A stretch of 59,287 nt of DNA, the filler included, from Sphacelaria rigidula (lineage: Eukaryota): the NCBI GenBank assembly GCA_964200075.2. It is 3 parts of 3 records of this genome, joined end to end, with 100 filler letters (N's around TTAATTAATTAA, not from the genome) between each part and the next. Parts side by side here need not be neighbours in the genome. Positions count along the whole stretch, not along the records: positions 1 to 19,703 come from CAXNAA020000625.1; 2 more parts are not named here. One strand, given 5' to 3'. A model generated the notes under the pieces. It was not told the origin of the DNA. It was given only the letters and a program-made list of their open reading frames with translations, and searched no databases. Shown here in pieces: positions 1 through 13,347 of the stretch (positions are counted from its first letter, which is position 1; each line of letters starts with the position of its first letter). Made by a program: the position numbers and the translations under genes.

Positions 1-63
<63 letters not shown>
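1..63. repeat. (AAT)n microsatellite, the LINE 3' tail
   Basis: Perfect ATA/AAT repeat directly downstream (minus strand) of the LINE 3' UTR. Confidence 0.9.
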
Positions 64-67
<4 letters not shown>

Positions 68-1840
68 TCTAACAAGTGGTGAACCACGGCTGACGAGCGT
101 GGCAGCCGTGCCGAAGGTACCAATGCCATGGACCTTGCACGCGTGGTGGTTTCCAACAAAATTGCGAAAAACAAAAAACAACGCTGACGTCAACCATAGT
201 TTACAAGCATAAGCAAATAGGGGGTTCCAACCCCACTGTAACCTGACAGTTGGGGGTGCCAATTGGGGGGGTGGGGGAGTACTCATTTGTTGTTCGCCTT
301 AGTCGTTTGGCCATTGACCACACATTCCATTCGAGACGGAGCATGGTTCCTACTCTTAATATATAAACCTTCAAGATTCAGGCGCTCATTACGTTTCTTC
401 CATACATGACACAAAAACCTTTCACATACCTTATCCGCGTCCTGTTTCGTCGTCTGTGGACGCCATCTATCTCCTAGTATAGCCATCGTTTTCTCTCTAC
501 TGTCTAATGCATCAAACGAGTTCATACTATCTTCGTTCACGTCCCGCATTTCCCCCTCTAGCACGTCCCGTTCCTCCTTGTATAGTTCACATTCTGCCAT
601 TATGTGACTTCTGCATTCTATGCTTTGCCACAGGGGCAAGTCTGTGCACCTACTTTCTCCTCCTTTCGGCGACTGGTGAATCTCTTTCTTCTTTCTGGCA
701 GGTCAAGGTCCCCCACCCGATATCGCAGTTTCAACTCTTTCGCCGCGTTTGTTGGGCCATGCAAATATATATTTTACCCCTATCCCCTCTCTCAACCCCC
801 CGCATATCTCTATGTGTATTTCCTCCTCTACCTTGCGTCTAAGCACTCATTTCCCCCTTATTTCTATCATGTCTTATACCCCGCGCCTTCACCTATGAAC
901 AGTATTTCGTCTTGTTTTCCTACTATCTCCCTCCGTACTTTCTTCGCCTCTCTATCCTACCTTATAGCATGCCCTTTCGTACTTTTCTCCCATACAGCCT
1001 TATCAATTATAGCTGGCATACTCTTTCTCTGCATGTTCTTTACGCTATATTGCCATCGCAATTGTCTCATGTATCTTTTAGTTTCAAGTGACTACATCCC
1101 CAAATTTGTTCTCAATGCTGTAGTACTCGTCGTTTTCGAGCATCCAAGAATCTTCTTAGCTGCTGCCATCTGTACTGTTTCCAACATCTTCACCAACTTT
1201 ACGTTCCCCTCCCATACTTCTCTTGCATATTCCGGCTTTGGTACGATCACGTTCATCAGGATACATCTCTTAATCCTAGTGTCCATGTGCGGGTGTCTGA
1301 GGATCATGTTCATCCTCCTCATCTGTGTTTTACCCTTCTCTATTACTTTGTTTATATATGCATCCCAAGAACAGCTTCTTAAGATATCCACACCAAGGTA
1401 TGTATACTGATCTACGATCGGCAACCCCTCTTCTCCCCACTTCGATGTGAACTCTACAGGATTTTTCTTATCTTCGTTACAGACGAGTACCGCGCATTTG
1501 TTGACGTTCGCTGTCACTCTCCATTCCCAGTGTATTCTAGCGCCTTGTCTACCTGCGCCTGTAATTCTTCTGCTGTTCCTCAGTTTTCCACAAAATCATC
1601 CGCAAACATCAATCCTGATATCATATCTTTCCCCACCTGCACTCCTTGCTTTGCTGCTTCTAGTGCTAATATCAGGTCATCAATTAAGACCTTGAATAGA
1701 GTGGGTGATAACGTACATCCTTGTGCAACTCCGTGTAAAATGTAAAATATTTCGATATTTCCCCGTCTGGCATCATAGCACTTTTGGCACATTCTGTCAT
1801 CTTCTTCACCATTCTCGACATCTTTCCTCTGATCCCAGTT
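1..1840 (-). mobile_element. 5'-truncated, frameshifted non-LTR retrotransposon (LINE) with RT C-terminal part, 3' UTR and (TAT)n tail, intronic in the dynein gene
   Basis: Minus-strand fragments carry RT motifs GVAQGCTLSPTLF and GLMFADDFV (1580-1792) and ANVNKCAV...YTYLGV (1092-1517). The C-terminus has a Cys/His motif (CPCG..IECRSHIMAEC across a frameshift) and stops at 283-285. A C-rich 3' UTR and a simple-repeat tail at 1-63 follow. Confidence 0.9.
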
Positions 1841-2889
1841 TGAATCGGGGGAGGGGGGGCGTACTCATTTGAATCGGGGGAGGGGGGGGGGGGATAGCCT
1901 CCGAGAAGTATCTGCGATATTCAACGATATTTTACTGACCGTACCCTACTTTTCTTCGTTTCTTCGGATACTCTTGATTTTGGATTACATCGTTGACATG
2001 GAGAAATCGTGCGTTAAGGTGATGCCCTCCGTCTTCAGACGCCACATACACTTCCACACCACTGACATATCCCGGGGCTAAACCTTTTCTTCGAGTGCTT
2101 TTCAAGCTTACCCTCAAAATCTGCAAAAATAGGCCATTTTCCTTTTTTTTTTCGCTGAGTGCGGGACGTGCCCTGAAAAAAGTTATAATCTGGCAGGTGC
2201 ATTCGGGTTCGAAGCAGACAACATAAAAAAAGAGCGAACACTCTCCGATCTTGTATTGGGTGTGAAAATATTATCATGAGGCATGCGGTTTTGCAATTGT
2301 ATCTTCCAATGAGGATATTTGGACTAATATTTCTTTTGTCTGCATTTGTCGATCAGGAGCAATGGGCTTCGTCTTTCTGCTGTCTGCTGTATGGTCTCTT
2401 GGCTTTTGCTGCTAGCGGTGGTTCGTCTGTGTATGTTCGCGTGTGACCTGTGGTGTTGCGGGTGTGCGCATCGTAGCGTGCGCTATCTACAGGCTCCGTT
2501 GTGTGCGGATGGATTCAAAAATGGTGTTGGTTGGACCGTCGGGTCTGCACAAATGTCCTGTGGAACTAGTTCTACTCTGCCGGCAGGTTGTGTTACTCTG
2601 CGTGCGCCAATAGATACATGCCAGCCACGCAAATGGTGGATCTAGGAAGCGCCTTGTTCGTTTTACGGAAGACGGAACAGCCAACACGTCTCCCCAGTCA
2701 ACATAGTAGTAATAACATAAAACCACAAGAAATCCTGGTGTTTCCTCGAGATCACGCTTTACGGAAGAGAAAACTGCGAACTTAGGGATGCGTACAGTGC
2801 AAGCTGTCGGTGGCTATCGGTGTAAGCAGCTGGTGAGAAGTCGAGCCGACTTTCGTTTGGATGCACCCGATGCTCCAGCGTACGCGCGT

Positions 2890-3725
2890 GATCTACCATG
2901 AAGGCATTGCTTCCCATTTGTCTTGATTCCGGGGTACATATGTGTTCTGTTTGAGTGAAACGCAGGTGAACATGAAGTAATTGGTAAGGCCCATTATTAT
3001 CGGGCCTAAGAGGGAGCTTACTTCAGCTCGAGGCATAATACGGTTGTGCCGTGCGTACATAACAGTACGCTCAGAGTAACACGCAACTGTACACCATGAG
3101 TGACGCGTTCAGTCGTGGTGCAGGTGTTGGGGTGTTGTCCCTCACTGAACTCTAAAACCATGAGTGGCGCAGTTAGTCGAATAATGTACAATGAAGACAC
3201 TGCTGAAATGATGCACCATAGAGATATTGCTTCGCATGTCTTGATTCCAGAGTACATATGTGTTATATTTGAGTCAGACGCAGGTGAATATTAAGCAACT
3301 TGCAAGAGGGGGGTTATTTTAGCTCGAGACGTGATGCGGTTGTGCTGTGCGTACACAGCAGTAGAGCAGCCCGTTCAGGGTAACATGCAACTGTACACCA
3401 TAAGTAGTGCGGCCAGTCAAATGATGCACCATGAACATGTTGCTTCGCATGTCTAGACTCCAGAGTACGTATGTGTTCTATTTGAGTGAGACGCAGGCGA
3501 ACATTAAGCAATTTGTAGGAGGGAGGCTACTTCTTCTCGAGGCATGATGCGGTTGTGCTGTGCGTGCACAGCAGTAGGGCAGTTCGTTCAGTGTAACACG
3601 CAACTGTACACCATGAGCGGCGCGGTCAGTCGTGGTACAGGTGTCGGGGTGTTGTCCCTAACTGAACTCCAAACACCATGAGTGGCGTATTCAGTCAAAT
3701 GGTCTACCATGCAGATGTTGCTCGA
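2890..3725. repeat. Degenerate tandem repeat, three ~200-320 bp units
   Basis: The block catgtcttgattccagagtacatatgtgtt...gagtgagacgcagg...gcggttgtgctgtgcgtacacagcagta...gcaactgtacaccatgag recurs near 2915, 3235 and 3450. Confidence 0.85.
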
Positions 3726-3829
3726 ATTATGTACCATGATGACAAAGAAGAAAATTTACTGATATTTCATTTTCGGGTTTGTGGAAGATCCGAACATCAC
3801 AATTTTCTGTTCTGTGGGCGCTGATGTTT

Positions 3830-3985
3830 GGTGGCTGATAGTCTGAGCCTTGGGGCTGAGGGGGATCTGTATCGGTATCATGCTGCTGCGAAGCTGGGCT
3901 CAAATTATTCGTATGTGCATCTACGGGGGGAGAGATGGGCCGATCCCTTGAGACCACAGACACATCCCGAGGAAGGGGAGGGGTT
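3830..3985 (+). mobile_element. 3' fragment of tRNA-derived SINE family A
   Basis: Ends in ccttgagaccacagacacatcccgaggaaggggag, which matches the reverse complement of 24190-24226. Confidence 0.55.
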
Positions 3986-4061
3986 CAAAGTGCGACAGAT
4001 GAAACACATAATAACATTTATTTTTCCGCTTTTTCGATACTGTCGTGTATTTCCGTCACGG

Positions 4062-4558
4062 CTGTTGTGCAAGATGGCATCCGATAGGGAGAGTCACGGC
4101 GCTGTCGGATTACCGTGTTTGTCAGCGCTTGCAAAGAAAATGAAGTATTGGCTGCGGTACTGCCCTGCATTCTATGTACGACGGTCCGTAGCTGTACTGT
4201 GCAGGCTGTCGCCGTATGGCCTACGGAGCACCATGCCGATGAGAAGGTGGTGCCATATGTTTTGGTATGTGAAACAATGTGAAACGAACAGCATTTGTGT
4301 CGTGTTCAATGCAGTCATCTATTTGCGTGACGCCTGTTGTGCAAGATGGCATCCGGCAGAAAGAGTCACGGCGCAGTTGGATTACAGTGCTTGTCAGTGC
4401 TTGCGAAGAAAATTCAGTATTGACTGCGATACTTCCCTCTATTCTATGTGCGACGACCCGTAGCTGTACATTGCAGGCTGTCGCAGGCATAGCCTACGGA
4501 GCACCATGTCGTTGAGAAGGTGGTGCTATATGTTTTGGTATGCGAAACGATGTGAAAT
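4062..4558. repeat. Tandem duplication, two ~225-bp copies about 273 bp apart
   Basis: ctgttgtgcaagatggcatcc...cctacggagcaccatg...gagaaggtggtg...tatgttttggtatg..aaac.atgtgaaa occurs at 4062-4285 and 4335-4558. Confidence 0.9.
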
Positions 4559-5334
4559 GATGTAAAGCGAACGGCACGGGGAGGAACGGGGCGTCAGACG
4601 CAACAGTGTATATTGTAGAAGACTGTTTTGGAAAGGATCCTATTTTACTTGGATTAGGTATGGATTTGAGCGTCGTGTATGGGGCGGAGAGATATTTACG
4701 CTAGTGATAAATAGGATATATTCTTTCTTAGCTGCTTCCCGTCTTTTTCAGTTCTTGTTTCTGCTTGGTTTTGTGTCCGTTTTTTCAATCGGTTTACTCC
4801 GTTTGCTTGTTCCATCATTTTGCTTCTTCTCTTGCTTGTACGTTTCCTTACCTTTGGCGGAACTTGTTGACTTGTTTACTCTGGGGACGCCTATCTTGTG
4901 GATAGTCACTACGGCTAGGTCCCTCTGGGATCGGTTTATGTGCAGCAATCAACTCTTGACAATGAGATTCTCACTCATTACGGAAGGCGTATTTGTCGAC
5001 TGATCCTTACCATTTCCCGTATCGTCGATCCCATCAGTATCAAACGCGGGTATTGAGGCAGTCGCCATTCGCACCCGAAGAGTTGTACTGCATCTCGGAA
5101 TATCAATGAGAGGGACCAGTAGCATCATGCGATAGCGTTTTCCCAGTTTCTTCTAGTTCTGCAGGTCTTATTTTCGTCGTTATTGGCGGCTAAAATTGCC
5201 CAGGCAAGAGTGAAAAATATCAAGATATTAAAAAATCATAATATACATGAAATGAAGTGAAGTTGCATGGAATCAAAAGAGAATCAAGAGGAAGGTGCTG
5301 TGGTTTGGAACTAAACCGGAGTCTAGCGTCGCAC

Positions 5335-8300
5335 CTGCGTGGACGCAATCGCCTTGTCGATAAGCACCAAAGCAGACTCCTTCACGGCGCCCGGCCGTTG
5401 CGTGTAGGCAAATCTTTCATTTCCTTTTTCTCCGATCGCAACAACTTCGACAAGAAACAGCGGCATTCGCAGCGCAGCTAACCGCTCCCCTTTCCACTCT
5501 GTCCTCCCCTTTGCCAAGATCTCTTCGATTGGTGTATCCGACACTGTTGCTGTCGTATCCGCGCCACCGGACTCTCCGGTTTGTCCCATCGCACCGTCGT
5601 TACCGTCTTTATCCGCAGACATTGGGGTAATTGTTTCGGGTGGAGGGGGGAGGCGTACAGCGGCAGCAGTCGCTGCTGGAGTTTTGGACAACACGGGTAC
5701 ATTGAGGAGCACCTTGTTCGAAGATTTGATCTCGACGTCGTGGAGGCATGCTCTTAGCAGAAACCTGAGTGTGTGGGGAAGGGGGCGAGTAATCATTGTT
5801 GTCTCATATTTGCAGTGCATCACACCTGCATTCACGCCTTCGAGGAGAATTCCTCCATAGGTTTGGACGATGTTGCCGCAATATTGCAAAACGTAAGCTC
5901 TTGTAGCTGAAAGAGCAGATGTTAGCATCATTTTAGTTCGTATGCTCTGTGAATATAGGAAATACGGAGTATTCGCTACAGTTGTATACAAAAACTGCGA
6001 TGCCCATGTGCTACGAATTCCCAAGAGGAAACAATAGAGTCGTTTTATCGCACCTGACGAACTCATCGAGGCTCTCCTGTACAAGGAATCTGAGCGTGTC
6101 TTCCGTGATAAAGTTCACGTACGCCAGGAATCGCCTCAGCTTGCTGAATCCGTACACTTCGTTCGAGGTCTGTTTGGAAACGTATTTCAAGATCGGCAGG
6201 TCTAGAGAATTAGACAAGACAAAGCGTGTGACTGATGGCGCCACAACGCCACTGACGATCGCGGCAGTATAGTATTGCACATCTGAAACAGGAGATGTTC
6301 GTAGTTTTTTCGTAGTCCCGGGCATTCGCAAGTGTTTTCGCGTGCCAGGGTCATCCCAGCGAACGTTTGATCCCAAAGTTTGGGGATCGGGAGATACTAG
6401 ACATCTTCTCCATATTCCGAGATAAGATCGTATTGAAAAGAGAAGAATAAGAAAGAAGGAAAGGAACAGGAATATCTGCGCTGATTATTGAACAAATTAC
6501 GGACTGACCGGTTTCCGGGGGTCCTGAGACTACCCAGCCCCAGGTTCTTACCCTTGAGTATTTTCGCTCCCTTGAAGCAATCCCAATGATTTTCGTGAAC
6601 AAACGACAAGGATTGATTTTTCTTATTTCTACCTATTCATTGCGCTAGAGCCGACAAACCGTGTTTTTATAACCAGTGACGGTCGATACCACCCCCTGAT
6701 AAACAAGGTGCTTACTCTGTATCACCTCGACGATATCAATTGAGGATTGTGTTCTGAGCTCGACCTACGTCTCTTTCCAATATATAAGTCGACACTAGGA
6801 CGTAAGCGACAAGGATGAATACTACACGAAAAAATTCAGAAAAGTACCCGTAAACGAAAATTGCCCAACCGAGCTCTGCATAGCACAAACGGGGTGAACC
6901 TGTTCTGATCACTCCCATGTATAATTTCTCGCGCCCGTATTGTTTCATGTTTGCCTATTCACCGCGGTAGAGCGGAAAAGAAACATGTTTTGGATCACAA
7001 ACGGTTTGATGCAATACTCTGCTGTCGTATTTCCAGTCCGTGCGGAGTAGGCAAGTTGTGCTTACCTATCGAGGAGCTGCTGTGCAAAAGTTTACAGATG
7101 GTTTCAACGCACTTGCCGATCTAGGACGAACGAGTCGAAGACCGTTTCTGGAGGAAGCTTTCGAAAGCGAAGATGAAGTCACAACAGGTCGGGTTGGCCT
7201 TCAATAGGCTAAGTCAAACTAGTTCACGGCCAAACCCCTGAACCTGGATGATTCCAAAATTGCCATGTAATACTTCTAGCGCCATCGCCGTACCCGAAAA
7301 TCGCCGCATGAACAGGTACATGCACAGTACAGTAGCGCGATCCCTCCGCGGTTACTCACTTCATCTAGGTTGAACCACCCCTTCTTGACGTCCTTCAAGT
7401 GCAGCCGAATGAAGCCCACTATGTTGCTGCTCCACTGTTCCTTCAAATTCAAGCTGGTCGTCTGCGTAGCCTGCACATGCGATGAAACACTTCGTTCTGT
7501 CTAAATCTGCATGGTACACGAGGCAAGCTGAGTGCTACCGATCATAGCACAAAATATCACGCCACCTGTGCCTACTTGAGTCCGTGCGGAGTCGTCCGCC
7601 CTACCCTCTGACTTCATTTCGTAGCTTACACAACTGCCGATCGATGCTCGAGGCCCTATAAAACAAATAAGTAAGCTAAGGATGCGCTGCGCAGTATACC
7701 TCATTGACTTTGGTGCTGCCGTGCTGCGGTTAGCAGAATAATCGTGAACCTTGCCAACATTGTGGTATTTTAGGCAGTTGTGGCGGTACGCACCTGGTTC
7801 TGCAGAGACACGAAGTCTTCCAGGTGGACTGCTTTCGGAACGATATGGAAGAGACTCAAAGCTAGCGCCCGCAGGCATTCAGACCGAATCTGTGGGGAAA
7901 GCGATTGTAGGTTGTGTAAATGGATGAACACGCGTGAGCATGTTGGCACCGGTAGGCGTAGAAATAGCCTCCGCAAACGGAAGGGTGGCGGAAAAAACCG
8001 TAGGTTGAATCGAATAAAAGAATCATACTGCCAAGTGAATTCATCTCCTACTCTGGTCATGTCGTGAAAAGCTTACAGTCGCATCTCCAGAAATACGCCG
8101 TCAAGCCCCTAGCCCGTCGGAAAACCTTCACTTACGTGAACAGACAACGACTTCGCACAGCATATATCCATTCTCGACAAATCAACAATGTTTCCGTAAT
8201 CTGGCTCCAAGGAAGTCGTCTCCGCATCCCAGAGGAAATGCAGCAAAGTTCTCGATACCGCAAGGGTAACGTTATAGAGAAGTGCTGAGCATAACCTGGC

Positions 8301-11300
8301 TGCGAAATCACATCCCAACGCCTTTCAAGAGTACCGAAAAAATGGTACATATGGAATGCAACTCACGCATGTATGCTTTCAAGCAGACATGGACACGCGC
8401 TGCACCTGGACAATAATTTTGATGATCTCAGGCTTCGTGAGAAATGAGCTGAAGCAGAAATCTCGGGAGCGTTCCTGAAATGCATCAAACCCGATGAATA
8501 TCGTACCCTGTCCAACGGGGGGCAACCGTGTTGCACGTGAATTAATTGAACACACATGCAGGGGAGGCGGAGACGCGGTGAGATATGGTCAGCGATGGTG
8601 CCTGGGCAGATGGATGGGCTCTGAGTCAGCACTCTGAGTGACGTCTTCATGACCACCGAGTGCGTAACACAGATCATGCTGTCCCTGCATGAATATACAC
8701 TTCTGATGGAAGATAGGGGGTGGTATTTTCCACGAAATAATGCAGACCCCTCGATTTCCATCATTTCGATTGAACATGCATCTGGCGTAAGCTACCATTA
8801 TTTGCACGGCATTCGCGACGTTAATGAGCAACCATAAATCACTCTTCATTGATCCATCATCAATGTAACCATACAGTAACACAGTACCATGACTTGAAAT
8901 AGACTTGAGGCTTGAGGTATTTCGAACGAGCTTCCCAAGAGTGGTGTAAACTATATGCTACAGTATCATCTCTTCGATGGATATACGCCCACCACACGAG
9001 CCCAACCACTGCTCGTTGAAATCAAAAGTAGTGCATCACTTGATTCAACCTGTGCTTCACTTGAGTTACCCCAACCATCGTTTGAGGTGCAGGTTGTTTT
9101 CCCCACCGATTTCCCCAAAGCGTACCGATTACAGCTGTTTCTCACGTTTGCCGGCGGCGGTTTCTCCTCTCGGTGTATTCCCCTGGGTATCCGCAAACCG
9201 CGTAGCAATTCCGCTCCGGGCACCTTCCAGCCTCGAGGTTGCCGTGCCTTGAGCGCGTATCGGCCCGAGTAATGGCAACGAGGATCCAGACAGAGTTGGC
9301 ACGGAAACATCAGCATTTGGCAATAAACACCACCGAAACCTGTGCTTGCTCGGCAGGTCACATATAATGTTATCGTCGGTTCTCTTCTGGCTGGGTAATG
9401 AAAGCCGTGGTGGAGTGGTGGTCGACACTAAACCACCGTGCCATGAACAACACAAGGTAAACAACGCCCCCGCGAACGCGCTTCTTCGTGAAGGAGTTCG
9501 TTGCTGGCATACTACTTCGTAGTTTTGTACTAGCTCGGTGCCCCTAACTTGAAGCTTCGACTTTCGAACATCAAGCCTGGGAAGGAGACGTGCATCCATC
9601 TTTCCTCTGGCGGTTAGGAGTACTCAACGTTCATGTGCAGCACGTGGCCTGGTTCCAAGACGGCGCACTACTATTGATAGTGCTGTGCGAGCGGGAAGAA
9701 TGTAGCCGAAGCAGGCCTGCGCCCTAAAGCGGGTACTTCCGTGGCACCATATGGGGGATCTTGAGTTATGTGGGCATAGAGGAGTATCGTACCGTATGCT
9801 ATAAAACTGATGGCGCGAACCACCACACCAAAATCGAAGGATACGACAAGATCGGCAATGCACGAGCGGGAATTCGGGGTTTCTTCTTCGCTTGCATATT
9901 TGTATGTTTACGGGAACATATGTGCAAACATGTACACCGAGCATCACTGTGAGAATAGGAAATTGGTTGGCAAGAATGGGTCTACCGTGAATCGGTCCTG
10001 CGCGGCTAAACGGGCATAACTACTACACGTGTGAATTCCTGGGGCTTCAGTGATGTAGTAGGAGTTTGTGAGCTCTAGAATGGGTCTCAAGGCAAGGCAT
10101 GTAAAAGTACAACGTAGAGCGGGCCTCCGGCTGTACCTCATTGGTTCGAGCCTCCAGCACAATCTTGCTCATTGTCCGGAGGTAGTCTAAGCTGACCTCC
10201 TCCACTAGTGAAGATGGGTCCATGCTGGAAGTCGCGGACTGACGCCGGTCTGTACACAGATCCAAGATGCGGTTCACCTCTTCACCCTCCAGCTGCCAAG
10301 TTGTCGCATTCAATAAGCACATATTTGGTTGGGTTGGCGAGGCAGGTCAGACGTGAAAGGCTTCTCATGATCGACAAGATACACGCTTCTCGAACCACGG
10401 TGCGACCATTATTGCGAGGCGCAGCATCTTGAATAGCTGCGGGTGTATTACTCCTTAGTGGGAGAAGATCAAACGGGAAAACGTTCCACAACCTACAAAC
10501 ACCGTGCAGTTGGTAGTCAAAGACAGCGCCGACTCTTCTGTCTTAGTTGGCGAGCTATACTACCACTAGAGCTGCTGCCTTTTATCGAGCGGGGCCTCAC
10601 TTCTGCCATATCCTCGGACGGCATGCAGTCGATATAGAAGTTGTACAGGATCGTCAGCTCCGCCTCCTGTCCGACCCAGGATCCAATAGTTGCAGTGACG
10701 ATCACATGGTTGCATGGACAGAGGAAGTACTGAGAACGTCAGCAAACGCTTGCGTATCCTGTGCAGTTGGCCTCAGCAGACCAAGTCGATGAATTGAGTT
10801 TCAAACATCAAAGCACCTATCTGAACTCGTCATTCACAATGAACCATGTCATCAACAGCACGCTTCATTCATCTCGGTCTTTTTCTCACCTCCCTTAGGG
10901 CATGAGCATGCGCCACGCGATCAGCAAAATTGAAAGGATCCTCTGCCTTGAGGCATATCCGCAATCGAGGGAGTGTCAGCTGTGTCCCTCTTTCTTTGGT
11001 TGTGCCTTCCAGCCATTCAACAGACCAGCGGATGGTTTTCTGGTCGTATCCGGTTACCTATGGCGCCATCATCACGGTGTAGTGTCCTTCGGATGGTACA
11101 TTACATGATCTTGAGCCAACAAGAAATGGGAAGACGTTGGCTGTTTGGAAACGCGAAGACACTCAAGTCATGGGGAAATTTCGCTGTACGAGCTGTCAAA
11201 CATCCGGTGCTTCCTACTTTAAATCATTAATTGTTGACGCACTCACGTGCAACCTGAGTCTCTCAATTATGGGGGCAATGTCTACTTTATATCCTGGATT

Positions 11301-13302
11301 GACAAAAAACCTGTCCCTTTCACCCCCAGAGAGCTATCGATCTCGTAGCCTGCAGATATTTATTTCCGCCCGTCGCACCATGGTGCATGCTAGACTCAAA
11401 GTTCGAAGCAATACAATGGATACCAGAGTCCCATTTCAATATGAGCTGTTTCGTGGAGCATCTCAGTGGATATTAACCCCTGATTTTCGCGAGTCATCTG
11501 TGACATTGCCTCTCTCAGGGCCAGCAGGCGATTTGCTACTCAGATGTCTCAGATTTGAACTCACAAGTTTTACCAGAGCTGCGTCGTGGGTATGGAACGC
11601 GCTGATATGGGAGTATGGCCCGTGCGTGAGTATTCCTGCAGGCGTGTGACTGATCGTGGTACAAGCTAACGAAGTGAGGATACGCTCAACATGAACGATA
11701 TTTGTTTCGAAGATGTCGTGCATACACTTCACACCTTGCACTCCCTCCAATGACCGGTTGAATCAGGCTGCAGAAACAAAGCCCTTGCTGGCAGTCCTGC
11801 CATCCTTCCATCCACATTTTGAACCAGGCTCAACCAATTTTCCGGGCTGCGCACTTCAAAGTCTGCGTTGTCGAAAACCTACAACATATGCCACAAGATT
11901 CACGGGGTTGCCGCAGGTTTCGGTACAGCTACAAAGTGTTTCACTTCGATTCATGTACGATGGCTTCTTGCACCCGAAGAGCGGGGTAAGTTTCTGGAAC
12001 ATGTTAATACCGGGCTTCCTTTTCTTTAAATGGATGTAAACGCACTATGTTTCATCACGGCAGCGACAAACTGCGACATCAAGCCTGCATTGATCGAGGT
12101 GCAGAATCTGTTTTTTCATGCTCAAGCATGGCGCTTTACATTATGTACATCACTTGACGGTGGCGTCGACGGCGTGCAAAGAGCCGCGGCAGCCAAGCGT
12201 TCTCACCTCTACAGGCAGAGGTTGAATAGATGGACTCAAGAAGGCGAGAGAGCTTGTCGGGCCTCGAGAGTAGTCGATCCCTCGTTCGCTCAAGACCGTT
12301 TCGATTTTGTGCTGAGCGTACAGTCGCCTCTTACGCTCGATCTGTATTCTCCTCGGAATTTCCCCAGGTCGCGTTTCATAGGGAGCCTGGACCTGATACC
12401 GAAAAAGTGAAGGGTCGCCATAGAAGACGGAAAATTTGGTCAACTTCCTGCGCGAAAAATAGGCCATCACACCGCTGTTCATGGGAACGGAGGAAATAGT
12501 TTGATGGAAAGTGCTCATTTTAATCGCTCGGCAGCGTTTTTCGCGGGAAAATACGGCGAGACGGGTAGTGACACCTTTGAACGACTTGCTGCGGTATTCG
12601 AGAGGACTCCAGGACACTTGGATGAGTTTTGGTTCGCACAGTTCGACCTATTGTCATGCAATAAATCGTACAAACCTTGCAGATCTACGGAAATTCGGTC
12701 ACTTCCGTGAATCTGGTAAGGTTTGTGCGAGCTGGTTTTGGGCCAAAGGTAAAGTTAAGCGTACAAACCATCGTCCAAGTACGCTGCGATCCTCTCAAAC
12801 AGCACAGTGCGTCATGCAGAGGTGGCATTATCTATGTCAGCGTCTTTTCACGGGATAAGACACTGTCGAGGGGTCGAAATAGGTACTTCAACTGCGAACC
12901 CCTCCGGTGCTCGTGTTGATGCACTCATCGTGACCAAACCATACACCCGGCGACCGCAATCCGGTCATCGTCAGAGAGCTCAGGCCCCCACCTTCACACC
13001 GGTATGGACAACTCCCAATATAGTTGTGGCCTCTCATGGGAACAAATGAATCACCTCGACAGTTCTATATTTTCCTTCCGAGAGAGCCACAAGCAACACA
13101 ACAGAGCTTCAATATGGTAGAGCATTTCTAGCCCTTGTTTCTTTCTGCAGATTCATTCCTACATGATACTGTCTAAGTACCTACGTCTATGACCGCGGAT
13201 TCGAAAAATGCATGTGCGGAAATAGTAACAATAGTAATAACAACAGTAATAGCAACAGTAATAGCAACAGTAATATCACTATTACTACTATTGTTACTGC
13301 CA

Positions 13303-13347
<45 letters not shown>

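Noticed and set aside
604..1410. 268-aa plus-strand ORF
   Set aside because: Antisense shadow of the LINE ORF; no independent protein signal.
9720..9800. Candidate dynein exon YAHITQDPPYGATEVP
   Set aside because: No phase-0 acceptor compatible with the upstream exon; 9146-9223 fits better.
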